NCBI GenBank assembly: GCA_017654855.1
Contig: CM030334.1
Coordinates: 1,674,001-1,738,000 of the forward strand
Direction of reading: 5' to 3'
DNA from: Podospora anserina
Taxonomy: Eukaryota
DNA length: 64,000 nucleotides
Shown: one piece after another, positions 50,833-62,789 of the stretch
Layout: each line of letters opens with the position of its first letter
Numbering within the stretch: position 1 is the first letter of the stretch
Translations under genes and position numbers: made by a program
Notes under the pieces: generated by a model
Told to the model about the DNA's origin: nothing
The model's database searches: none
Seen by the model: the letters and a program-made list of their open reading frames with translations, nothing else

Positions 50833-51859
50833 ACTTCTTCATTTTCATTTGTCACGCCTTTTAATCGAACCCTCCCTAATACTTGGCGAACGATGGCTTG
50901 GGGGGACGGCCGCGAAAAGTCTTGCAGGGGCGTCTGTCAATGGGCGGGTCTAGGTCACGGCGGATGAGAGTCCGGGTGGCCATTGTTGTACTATGCAGAT
51001 ATAATTGGCTGAAGGGGAATGCTGAGCATTTGTACAACGCCGGGGCATGATCTGAACAGAGATACCATGCTGTTGGAGATGCAATGAGGTTTTGGGCGTA
51101 GGGGACTCGGGCTGAAGGCTGATGGTGCGTCTCACGAGGTCACGTCACAAATTGGATGTCTGTTCTACGATATCTCAGAGCCAATCACGCTCCTTGAACG
51201 GGTTTGTCTCGCATACGACGACCCGTCCTTACCTCCTCGGCCCACCTATGCAGAGCTAGCTAACCAACGACACCACCTCCGTGCCCGGACCTCGCAGCTG
51301 TTGACGAGGCTGGCTGAAGAGAAGGGCAGAGAGGGGATGGCGGATGGCGGATGGCGGCTGTTTGGGGATCATGGGATGCGAGGTATGGATGGAGATATAC
51401 GACCAAATACCCAGCTGTTGCATTTTACGGCCGGCTTGGACGGGGGGAAATGGGACACGGAGATGAGTTGGGGGTAGGCTGCTTTTATTTCCATCTGGGA
51501 GGTTTTGCTTTCTTACTTTCGTTTGATCCAACTATTTGTCTTTGGCGCGGGAAACAGGAAACGAACCACTGGTCCTCTCTATCATACCCCGACCTCCCTC
51601 ACGGAAGAAGAGCCTCTTTTCTCTCTCATCTCTCAGCTCGGTTTCCTTGTCTCGGCTGGGGGCCTCGATTTCTCTCTTACAACACAACAAAACCAACGAC
51701 TCGGCTCTCGACGGCAAGAGAAACACACACGCAACACCCATCACCACAATCACGACGTTTCTCAGTTTAGTTTCCTAGCTTTTTCCAATTTCGCTTGCCC
51801 CCAAAACATTGCACACCTACAATAGCCTAACTCTTTTTTAACAAGTTTTTTCTTCGCAC

Positions 51860-52100
51860 TCTTTTTACTGTCTGTGGTTTAGCTTAGTGTCTGTGTCTGA
51901 AATACAAAAGGATCTCTTTTTTTTTTGCAATGTGTGTGCTGTTAGTGAGTTCTATGACATTGACATGTGAGGATCATGAGAACGGTATAGCTAGGCCCAG
52001 TCTAAACTCACAGAAGCAGACCATATCTTCCAACCAGGTGTAGTTCTATGTGAATGTGTAGTGCAGTTGAGCCACAGATGTTGTTTGCATGGCACATATA
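51860..52100 (+). ncRNA. Candidate structured ncRNA (possibly H/ACA snoRNA-like)
   Basis: Several G-U-compatible helices, an ANANNA box (AGACCA, 52018-52023) after a hairpin and ACA at 52094-52096, in an intergenic region without a credible ORF. Not matched to a known family. Confidence 0.3.
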
Positions 52101-52344
52101 CGGTTGTCGATGTGGCTTCAGCTACAACCCTAACCCACAACCCCTCACCCCACACCCCACCTGCCAGCTTGGCCATGGCCAATCAAGGCGCCCCGTATGC
52201 ACCCAATTTGCTCCACCACCATCATTGGCTCTCTGTGAATTTTGAATGTGAGCGGGCAGCAGCTGTTTCAACTCAACATTTTGATATTGGAGATTACGGC
52301 AACAACCATGAGAGCCGGCGTGGTCTTTTTCTTGTTTCTGACAG

Positions 52345-54230
52345 ATGCGCCACTCTCTTCTTGTTGCCAAACCAAGGCGGTCACCGGGCTTGCGCTGCTG
52401 CCTTTCTTCACCTCATGATCATGATCATCGGACAAGGACGACGACGAGACGACAGTTTATCAAGCCCACCAGGCCTGCCTCGCTCACCGACCCGATCCGG
52501 ACGGGCCTGCACAGGAAGTATGAGGACCCGTTTAGTGTGTTAAAGACGGCGCCGAGGGACAACCCGGCTGTCTGGGGGTATTATGGGGGGGTGAGGAAGT
52601 TGGATTTGAAGTTGGGGGTTATTGGGCCGTTGAGGAGGAAGGGGGAGGAGGTTTTGAGGGGGGAGAAGGAGCCGAAGGGGGGGGACGAGGAGCATGAGAT
52701 TTGGAGGAGGGGGCTTGAGGGGTTGTTAGTTGGGGGCGGGGGACGGTGGAGGATTACGGAGGATGGGACGGGGTTGGAGAGGTATTTTGAGTTTGGGAGT
52801 TTTGCTAAGGCGTGGGGGTTTATGGGGGCTGTTGTGGGGGAGTGTAAGGCTAAGAGGCATCATCCGGAGTGGTCGAATGTGAGTTTTCTTTTTTTTTTTT
52901 GGGGGGTGGGGGGTGGATGTTGGGGGATTTGATTGCTGATGAGGAGATTTAGACTTTTAGGACGGTGTTTATACGGTGGAGGACTCATGAGCCGGAGAAT
53001 CATATCTCGATGCTGGATATTGAGCTGGCGGGGTTTTGTGATGAGCAGGCGAGGTTCTTTGGTGAGGTTATGCCGGGGGGGGGGGAGGGGAACAGGAAGC
53101 CAGAGGAGAAGACGGGTACTGCTTCGGCGTCACCAATACCAGATGGGAAGATTGTCAGCGGCTCGGGTGCTTCCAGCACTGCTGCCACTCCTGAGGTCAC
53201 CAAGGCGGTAGCAATACCTACCGAACTTGGCACCACCATCAACAACACCACTACCGAAAAACAATCACACGAGGGACAACAAATTGCCCCGGTCGAAGCA
53301 ACTGAACAACCTCCACCAGAGACGAGCAACGATGCAGAGAATACACCTAACCGAATCGACCACCAACCAGAAGTACCAACAACACCAGACGAACAGGTGG
53401 TCGCAGACCCACCTGAGGAGAAGTCCTCTCCAGAACCACCACCATCACAACAAACCAACCCCTCCCAACAGCCGCCATCGGACGAGCAAGCGGCAATAAA
53501 CCCGCCAAAAGAGGACTCTTTTCCAAAACCACTACCATCAGAGCAAAGCGATCACCCCCGGCAATCAGATCATCACCCTCCAAAAGAAAACAAATCCACA
53601 GCACGCCCCCTCGAGGACATTCTAAAGCTGGACTGGCAATGTCTAGAAGAGACGGTGGCTAGGATACGGGGGAAACCCTGCACATTAGAAGAAGTCCGGG
53701 AAGCAGCGAGAGTATTCGACGAGCTGGCGGCAAGGCATCAGAGCGGGGAGTATAGATTCACGAGGGAACTATCGCAGAAGAGGGTGAAAATAGAAGAGGA
53801 GATTACGGATCGGCTCAAGTTTTTTAGGAGGGCGAATCATGAGTGGAGGCAGGCGAAGAAGATGGAGAGGAGGTTGGTGGAGGAGAGGGGAAATGGGTTG
53901 CAAAAACCACCGGTGTTACCGAATGGGACGACTGGAGAGGCGGTTCAATCACAACTGGCAGAAGCTAGGGCAGAGGAGGGGGAGAAGAAGAAACCATCGT
54001 CGGAGCTACGAGAACCACGAAAGGCTGAAGCAGAGCTGAAATCACAAGCGGCAGAAGCCGGGGAGCCAGAAAAGGAGGTTGACAGGCTAGTGCTCAGGTC
54101 GCAAAACCTACGAAAATCGGAGGCGAAGCCAGAGCAGGAAAGTGACGACGTGGCGGTGGTGGACAAAAAGAAGCCGCCAGATCGAATCCCTTGGTTTCAG
54201 ACCATCCTCCGCCAGTACCGCCAGCCTTGA
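52345..54230 (+). CDS. Pterin-4-alpha-carbinolamine dehydratase domain protein with long extensions
   Basis: LERYFEFGSFAKAWGFM...HHPEWSN|TFRTVFIRWRTH...ISMLDIELAGFCD, with intron 52879-52952. The start codon is uncertain. Confidence 0.82.
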
Positions 54231-55122
54231 GGGGATCAATTTTGTATACGGAGTTTACGACCAACAATCTTGCTTCGCCCAGCGATGCTATGTCAAGACG
54301 CTGGGGCGATATTCTCTCCAGGCGGGGCGACGCGGAGATGGACGACGATACTCGAAAGTCGAGGCCACCCCGGCAGCCATCATCATCGAGTAACGGCGCA
54401 AGGAAGGGAAGAGAGAGGATGTGGACCTCTATGACCAAACTCCCGCTCACGAACAAGGCCCGCCACACCACTACCATTACCATATACAACAACAACCAAT
54501 TCTCCCTACCACGACGACTTTTCGCCCCCGCCACAGGCAGCAAAACCTCAACAACGCAGCTGGACCCTGCCGTCCACCACAAACGGCCGTGTCATCTACG
54601 AAAAAAACAAATGTAGATAACCCGCCAGCTCATGTACATATACCTACCTGATTTATGAAAACATAGAGATACCTCGTTTGTCTTGTTTTCATGCTATAGA
54701 ACTTGTAACACCAAAACTCATGTAACAACATAATGAGAGGGATCAGAAAGAAGAAACAGAAAGGATAGCATTTTAGAAGAGAAAATGGGGGTCAGGTGGA
54801 AATATTGATGTCCATGGATATGTACATAGGAGGGATAATCAAGACTACACCAGAGTGAAAAGGGCGCCCCGTGGGACGAGTAAATTAAATATGGCTTGAA
54901 TGAATGTGCAACTTCAGTGAAATATCCATTCACCTTGGAACATAAAACACACCATAATGGAAAGTCAGCCAGAGAACAAAGCACCCATTATACTACTTCA
55001 TTCATTCTCCCTCCCCTGAAATAACTCCCCCCTCAAAGGACAGTCTTTCCCCAACTCATCACCACCACCCCCTTCTCTCACCTAATACCTTCCTCGCTCG
55101 AACAACCTTTCCTCCTCACCCT

Positions 55123-57564
55123 CTACTCCCTCTTCGCAGTGTTATTATTCGCAAGCGAAACCTACATCTCATCAGCATCATCTTCCTCGCCCCATTTTCC
55201 TCAAAATTAGTTACTCACCAACTGAATCAACCCCCTCCCCACCTCCACACTCTCCCCCGCGCCCCGCTGCCTCAACCAAAAAACCTTCTCCGGCCCCAAC
55301 CCACTATGTTGTCTCGCCTCCTCCTCCAACACCTCCCTGGTGATCTTCTCCCCATCCCTCACACCCACCCCCTTCTCAGCCTGCGCACTAACCACCTCCT
55401 CCTCCACCATCCTCTCAAGCAACTCCTTCCTCATAGCAAACCTCTCCGCCCTTTCCTTCTGCAAGCCGGGGCTGTCCAACCTCTTGATCACCCCCCTAAC
55501 AACAAACTGCACGCCCAAGTAAACATGCTCACTGCAAAGAATAGCCAACAGCAGCGCCCAGCCGGGGATATCCCACACCGACCCAACACCAAGCTGACCT
55601 CCCCCAGATTTATTGAACAGATATACCAGCGCGGCCGACGTGATGGAACCAAGCCAAGACAAAAACCCAAGCGCATTCAACCAAGGCCCAATACTATCCG
55701 CCCTCCATGGAATCGGCCTCTGACTATTCGCGGCAATCTTCATCGCATCTGATCTCGCTTCAATCCAGTTGTTGACCAAGAACGAACAACCAGTCAGTGG
55801 CCAGACAACACTGAAAAGGGACAGATACCCAAACTGAATCACCATCTCCCTGTAGTCAATCGTAACATCATACTGCTCCAGCTCAGCCTCCTCCCTCACC
55901 CTCTTCAAGAACCTGTGCTCCTCGTCCGCATCCCTCGGCCACTCCACACCCGCCCCCTTCTCCCCCTTGACCTCCATCTGAACCTTCTCCACCGTCTTGA
56001 AAATCCTCCTCTTCGCATAAGGGACGATAACCTCGGTGGCAAAGTTAACAATCTGAGCTGTCACGGTAAAGTAAATCACCTGCTTCCTCAGCCGGTCAGG
56101 ATTGATAACCCACTCCTTCGTCGGCAACGGCTTCCCCTCCAGAGTAAATTTCTGAGCCGTCAACTGAAATACATCCAGATAGGGAACCAAGATCTTGCCA
56201 AAGGGTACATAAACAAAAGCCGTGAGGAAAATGCCGAGATACGAGGTGATAAAGTTGAGCACAAAAATCTTTTGCACAAACGAAGCCTGATGCGCATCGA
56301 CCGTCTCATAGTTTTCCAGCTCCGTCAACCTTTCCGCCAGCTTCGTGAGCAGTGTCGTGAAGGTGGGCATAAAAATCGTAAGCAGCACCGTGGGCAAAAA
56401 AGTCTATACACATCCTGTCAGCTTCTTTTCCCCCTAACTTCAATACCAGACCAAACACTCACCAAATACTGCTTGAAAGGCCCCATGTAAACCTCGGTAA
56501 TGAAAATCTCAATGCTAAAACACCCCAGAATCAACCCCCCCAGCACCACCACGCAAGCCCCCGCAAACGGCACCTGCAACGCCTGCCTCGCCAGCCTCTT
56601 GTACGGGCTATAAACCTTTACAATCTCCCCCGTCACCGCATCAACCCCCTCCCTCTCAAACTTGAACTGCGGCCTCGGCAGCTGAATCTTGCCCACCCCC
56701 CTCACTCCCCACTGAACCGCCAGATCAACCTCCTTCACCTTCCAATGCTCAAAGAAGATCACACCCCAGAGACAATTAACCACGGCATAAACCCAGCTAA
56801 ACCCACCCAGCACCAACCACGCCGCCGACCCGAACAGAGCAGGAAACAGCAAAAACTGAAAGTACGACTGCAGGAACGCAAAGTAAAACGCAACCTTTTC
56901 GCCAAACTGGTTCCTAATCTTCAACAGATCTTCATCGTCAAGGATATACTTTGTCGACCAGTCCTTGATCCACTCCTTGTTGAACTTTCTGTCGTGAAGG
57001 GGAAAAACGCTTTTTACAAAGCGCCATTGGCCCACCCCGGGTGTGATGCCTGCTCCTCCTTCGTTGACCGGTTTCGTGATCAACAAGTACGCCAGCCGGA
57101 GACGTTCAGCGTCGGTGATGGGCTCCTGCTCCGAGAGGCTGTTTGGTGGTCCCGGGGCGGCGGTGCGGACGCCGTAGAGCCAGTCCTGAACGCGGTAGCG
57201 GTAGATTTGCTTTTCGAGGAGGGAGTGGGAGGCGATGCGGAGGAAGATGAGCAGGGACGAGGGGGAGGTCGGGGTGGTGGGTGCGCGGCCGGGGCGGACC
57301 TCGACTGCGAAGCCGGTTTTGGAGAGGAGGTGGATGAGTTGGCTGAAGGAGGCTTCGGCTTCGGCTAGTTGTTGGGAGGGGGGGGAGGGGGGTGGGAGGG
57401 AGTAGGAGATTACGTAGTCGACTCTGGAAGGGGGGATGTTAGTAGCTGGTTCACAGGGGACGAGTGGAAGTAAAATGGGGGATGTACTCAAAGTTGGGGT
57501 ATTTGCTGTTGCTGTTGCTTGAAACAAGTCCTTCTGGACTGCTATCGCGGGGGGAGTCCGCCAT
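55123..57564 (-). CDS. IST2: Anoctamin/TMEM16 lipid scramblase-channel (Ist2-like)
   Basis: NFEVDYVI, QDWLYGVR, FPLHD, FGEKVAFYFAF, LENYET, DYREMVIQFGYLSLFS, NNWIEARSD and RADSIGPW. Introns 57424-57487, 56404-56462 and 55162-55218. Confidence 0.93.
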
Positions 57565-58216
57565 AGCTGGTGGTGGTGAGCCGTTGGGCTGTGGTGTAAG
57601 TGAGCGGTTTCAGAGAGCTAGTTGTTGGTGAGGTGTTTCTTGGGTTGAAGTTGAAGAGTTTCTCTCTCGACAAGAAAGAAAATGAAATGTAGGGAAATGA
57701 CGAGGATCCCTCTCTATACCAGCTAGCCCAACTGATGGGGCCACAAAGATATTTCCTTGGCAATGACCCGACCCAGCTGAAGTTCTCGTGGGGAAAAGCG
57801 TAATGAAACCTGAACAGAAAGCGGGATCGACGTCACTCGACAGCTGAGCTATGTCACCTCATCCATGCAGTCGGGTAGCGAGTGGCCTGTGCGTCCCGAG
57901 ATTTCTTTGATTGGGCAGGTAACATTACGCGATGATACACCATCTGTGTAATTACGTTACGGATCATGATGAGGGCATTCCCGGATGTGTTTGATGGGGG
58001 ACATGGTGAAAGCAGTGTGAAGGTTGTCAAGGGGGAGTAAGTTAAAACTGGAATAAAACATAACAGATATTGATTAGGCAAGTTGGGACTCTCTCCACAA
58101 CAGCAAGCCACATTCACAAACCTAAAAACTCGAGATGGCCATGCCATTTTTAATGGTGTCGAGGTTCACCGGCTTTTCCATTTTCATTCCATCAAAGTGA
58201 CCTTCAAAGTATTAAG

Positions 58217-58690
58217 ATGCTTGCTTCTGTGCTCATCAGCATGCTCGTGGCCAGGGCCACTGGACTGTCCGTCTCCAACGATCCCTACAACCACACCTTT
58301 GCCATCGATGCCAGCAAGCCAGGATTGGCTTGCGCACCAGGGCGTCAGACCATGTGCTGCGAGGAGCTCGATTACTCAGGCTATCAAGTCCAATGCATCG
58401 GTAGGTGTTCCTGTGAACCACTTTCAGCTCACTACACATAACTGATGATGAGTAGGCCCAGGCAAAGTGGAATACTTTGAGAAGTGTCTGAATTACGATC
58501 CTTTACCAATGTGCTGTTGTGGTATTCCCGGGGAAAAGCGTAGAAATCTGCCTACTGTAAGTGATACTTTTGGGACATCGCCTCTCCTGAGCGTGTGGAC
58601 TGACAGAGATAGATCCCAACCCTCGTTTCTTGCACAGGCTGCTCCATCCTAACCGTGAGGAGACAGCTGCGGAAGAGGCCACACGAGTGA
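58217..58690 (+). CDS. Small secreted cysteine-rich, hydrophobin-like protein (120 aa)
   Basis: Exons 58217-58400, 58456-58556 and 58613-58690 with canonical GT...CTGA(T/C)...TAG introns. Signal-peptide-like N-terminus and Cys pattern C-CC-C-C-CC(C)-C-(C). Confidence 0.72.
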
Positions 58691-61688
58691 CTGAGTCATA
58701 TTGATGGAACGCTGTATAAGTGAACAGGAAATGCTTCAGGAAAGATCGATAGAGACTGCATATGGCTTACGAGGGTCAGAGTGGATGTCGTACCCTTACC
58801 ACCCCGCTGATCTTGTGTGCTCTCTCGAAGTCTCACCGTATACGCATGGCAATGCTACCGATTGGGTGACAAGAGGCGATCCCACCCACAACATTCAAGT
58901 TTCTGTCCAGCGTTTCCTTCGCGAACACGCGAGATAATGTGCTGAAGTTCACCGTACCCATATATGGTGTTAGTCAGGCCCTGTGAATAGTAATCCCCTC
59001 TTCTCGGCAGTGTCCTTCTTTCCCGGGCATGCGAGGCTACCGCCACGATGGCGTCGATCAAACTGGCAAAATTACTGAATTCGGAAGCTAGATGGCCGTC
59101 CCGTCTGCGCCCTCGTTCCTCATTCTTTAGTATTTTCCTTTTGGGGGTCACCGTATTTTACTCGACGTCTAAGATGCGGCTTATCTCGACGAGATGAAGT
59201 AATTCGGAGCTTCGGAGCTTCACTTGGTACTGACAAAGTTGACTGCTCACCATGGTAGCAATGACGATGACTACGCATATGGCTTCCGAACCTGCTAGCT
59301 ATGAGAAAGCAAAGAAACCGGCCGGTGGTTACCGAGAGTGTAAGTGTTTGCAGCAGCCGGCGTATGTAAGGGCGAATGAAAGTTAATGTTGAATAACGCC
59401 GAGACCAGTAGGACGAGCATGGTATACGAGTGGGAGAATGCAGGCAAGCGTGGCAGCCACTGGCTTTGAGGATGCATGGCCTTGTCTTGGTGTAAGTCGA
59501 GGTTGGTGGTGGGGTTGTGTCGTTTATCTGACCGATGAGACAATCACAAGCCGCAACAACTGCAAGGCATGTTTGATATTGAGAAGGGGCGAAGTTCAGA
59601 AGCTCAGATATCGAAATTGAATTCATCCCAGAACCTCACCCAAGCTTCATGTGGGCACGGACCAGCATCCTCTCTTCGGAACCGGAAAAGCAAACCGGCC
59701 GATAGATTTGTGCCAAGAATATTTCGACTCTGCAGCAAAATTGCCAAGCCAAACCTTCCCCGCTGCTGCAACAGAATCCACCTCACACGTCTTTGATGAC
59801 ACATCACGCAACCGCGCGGTCTCCTCGTCCAAGCATCCAAGCAATTGCTGACAAAGCAATATCCCATCTGACAAAGAGCATCATTTGAGCAAACGACATA
59901 ACCCTGGCCGGCATCCCCAAGAAGAGGCGCGATATTTGCTGCTTGGACGGGAAAAGAACTCGCGGGGATCACGGATCGGAAAATTTGACGCATTTCCGAG
60001 AGTCCCTTATCTGCTGGCTGGTTTTCCCTTGGTTCGTTCAAACCGCTGCTCACTTAAGCTGTGGTATCGAGGTACTGGGTAATACATACAGACCGAAACG
60101 TCTCGATCTGGCTGCTTGCTCTCGTCGTGTTGTCGCGTTCTTGAACGTGTTATTCCCAGCCCCTCGGATTTTACGGTATAACAAGATCCGTATCCGTTGG
60201 TAAGTCCCGCGGCTTTGATGATGGAATGGGCGTTTAAAAACAAGATGCTGACATAGCCAAGCCCGCGCTGCACAAGGCCATCCGTTGCTCCAGAAAGAAA
60301 CAAAAAAAGAAGGACAGTCAGCATTCCATTGCCATTGCCGGTCGGCGCAGTGCATTCAGTGGCTCGAGTTGGTGTGTACAGGTATTGCTTTTGTACGCTC
60401 TGTACGCCACCCCTCGCCTCACCACCACCACCCACCAAACTTCCATCACCTAATCAACTCCATCGAACTGCACTGCTGAGTCAGGACGGCCACTGTGGCA
60501 TCGACCTGTCCAATGTCTAGCGTCAAGATCGGTAAGTTACTTTACATTCATCGTCGTCATCTGCTTCGTTTCACCCTTGAGGAAAGATATAACCACACAC
60601 CGGACAACAACACCATGTCCTGCAACCAATATTCATCAGTCATTCCGTCGTTGCCTTCTCTTCTGCAGCTCTAGGCGCAAGTGCGCCGCCATGCGCTGGA
60701 CAGTACAGGTGTCCGCAGAAACAGGCCGTTTTGCTGTTGCCTGTCAAGTGCTCGCGCTGCACCATGGTCGTCCCTCGTGTCCCTCAGCAATAGGGGTCGC
60801 CGTTACCGTTGCCGACAAGGATGGTGATACTTTTGCCGGACATTTCTGGCGTGGTCAAACACTCTCGGTCATCAGAACTTCTTCTTGCCGGCGACATCTC
60901 ATTGCCACATCTTGTCCTGGTGTATATACGCTTCCGAGGGCAGGTCCCCTGGCTTGCTTATCAACCAAATCCGATGGCCACCGTCCCATCCGACATCTCA
61001 GATCCTCCCCCGCATCCTCCGTTTCCGTTAGGTTCACGGTAGTGCCCCGCGGGCCCCTGTCTGTCTGCTCGATCCGTGGTAACGCGGCGCATCAAGTGTG
61101 CGCTGAGGATTTTGGTTCACTTCTGGATACAAGAAGGCCCTTCTTACCGCCGTCGTATCCCTGCCCTCCTCACCACGCACTTCCTTACATAATTCTTCCT
61201 TCTTCCCTCCATCCCACGTTGGCACCTTGCCTGCATCTGTCCTGCACCACCCACTTGCATCTTGTTATTATCTGTTGTTGCCGTTGTAAGTTCTCGGTCT
61301 CCGGCTTTCCTTGCTGTTGGACGTTGGATCTCTCTCGGCCTGCTGGTGCTTGTGTTTGCAAGGACGGCGTATATCCCCATCCGGTAGCATGCCTTGGATT
61401 TATAATCTGTCCAACCCAACATGTCCTACCTTCGCAAGCAAACCAGCAGCGTGCGTATTGACCAATACCACCCTCACCTTATATCTCCGGGCTCCGAGGA
61501 TGTTAATACGGCACCGTTGTCTCTTATTCAGTCCGAGGTCTTTTTTGACCCTTTCACTCTTTCAGCATTTCTTTCCCCTCCCCACATTTGACAATGTGTG
61601 GTTGCTTGGAAATATATTTATTTTTACCGTTGCACATTACACAAGATACCTGAACAGGCTGAGTGTACTGACCTATTTTAATTCATAG

Positions 61689-62789
61689 AGCCTATTGCTC
61701 GAGAAGATCCAGCTGTGCCCTCGTCAGTTGCTGCCCCAGTGTTAGCACCACCCCAACACAGCGGTTTACAACCACCTCAAACTTTCCAAAACCATTCACA
61801 CGTGCAGCCTGAGGGTCCTGGGGATAACAGAACCTCACCTGCTACAACAGTGGCCAGCCACCCTCCGCCACCACATGGATATAGCCACGCACCATTGCAA
61901 CAAGGTGAGGCTTACATCCATCCAGAGCTACGATCGGCTCACGATCTTGCACCTCCTCCTGGCTACGCACACCCGCCTGCCATGATCCCCGCCGGTGTGC
62001 CCCCTCCACCTGAACAAGTAGCCGTCATGTCTGGTCCTACTGCCGTCATTGCTCCAACAGCCGGCATGATGGACAATGGAGAGACGGCCGACGGAAGAAA
62101 AAAGCGTGAGCTTTCCCAGTCTAAACGCGCCGCCCAAAACAGAGCCGCACAGGTGAGTTATCCTCCCGTTTCGTGAACCAATTGTTGCCTGCGACTTGTA
62201 ACAACAAGCTTGGCGATCAATTTTACCCCTTACCTTACGTAAACAGTGCTGACTGATCAATGAACAGCGAGCATTCCGCCAAAGAAAAGAAGGCTACATC
62301 AAGAAGCTTGAGCAGCAGGTTGCGGAATTCAACCAGATGGAGGAGAGCGTCAAGGCGATGCAGGCCGAGAATTTTCAGCTGAGGGAGTACATCATCCACC
62401 TACAGTCGCGGTTGCTAGAGAGTCAAGGGAGTTTCCCGCCGCCGCCGGAGAATATCAGTCTTGCTCATCCTAGCAGTGTTCAGGGGAGAGCTCCTGAGGG
62501 TGGTGCTGCGGGTGCGGTTCAACCGCCGCCGGGGGCTGCTCAAGGTCAGCAGCAGCCAGTGCCGGCGCCGAATCCCCTGGAGGTTGCCGCGCAGGCCGTT
62601 GCGGGGTTGAGTAGGACTAGTGAGCAGGGCCATAGAGGGGGGCAGCAAGTGAATGATCCGTACGCCGGGTTGAGGGCTGTGGCGGCGATGAGGGGGGAGG
62701 GGGAAGATGTTAGCACTACGGAGGAGATTACGAGGCAGTTGCAAGGGGAGGGGGGGCAGGAGGGGAACCTGCCTGGGGCTGCTATGTAG
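61689..62789 (+). CDS. kapC: AP-1/Yap-like bZIP transcription factor, KapC-like (5' end uncertain)
   Basis: KRELSQSKRAAQNRAAQ|RAFRQRKEGYIKKLEQQV...QAENFQLREYIIHLQSRLLESQG, with intron 62153-62267. An acceptor at 61688 implies an upstream exon ending near 61450. Confidence 0.82.

Noticed and set aside
52125..52136. CAACCCTAACCC as a telomerase RNA template or interstitial telomere
   Set aside because: Under two repeats in a C/A-rich context. The candidate pseudoknot lies upstream rather than downstream of it, and the PCD ORF begins about 200 nt later.
58700..61380. Multiple short or Cys-rich ORFs including 60577-61461
   Set aside because: No codon bias, splice structure or domain signal. Probably intergenic or long leader DNA, apart from the frame issue noted for the bZIP.
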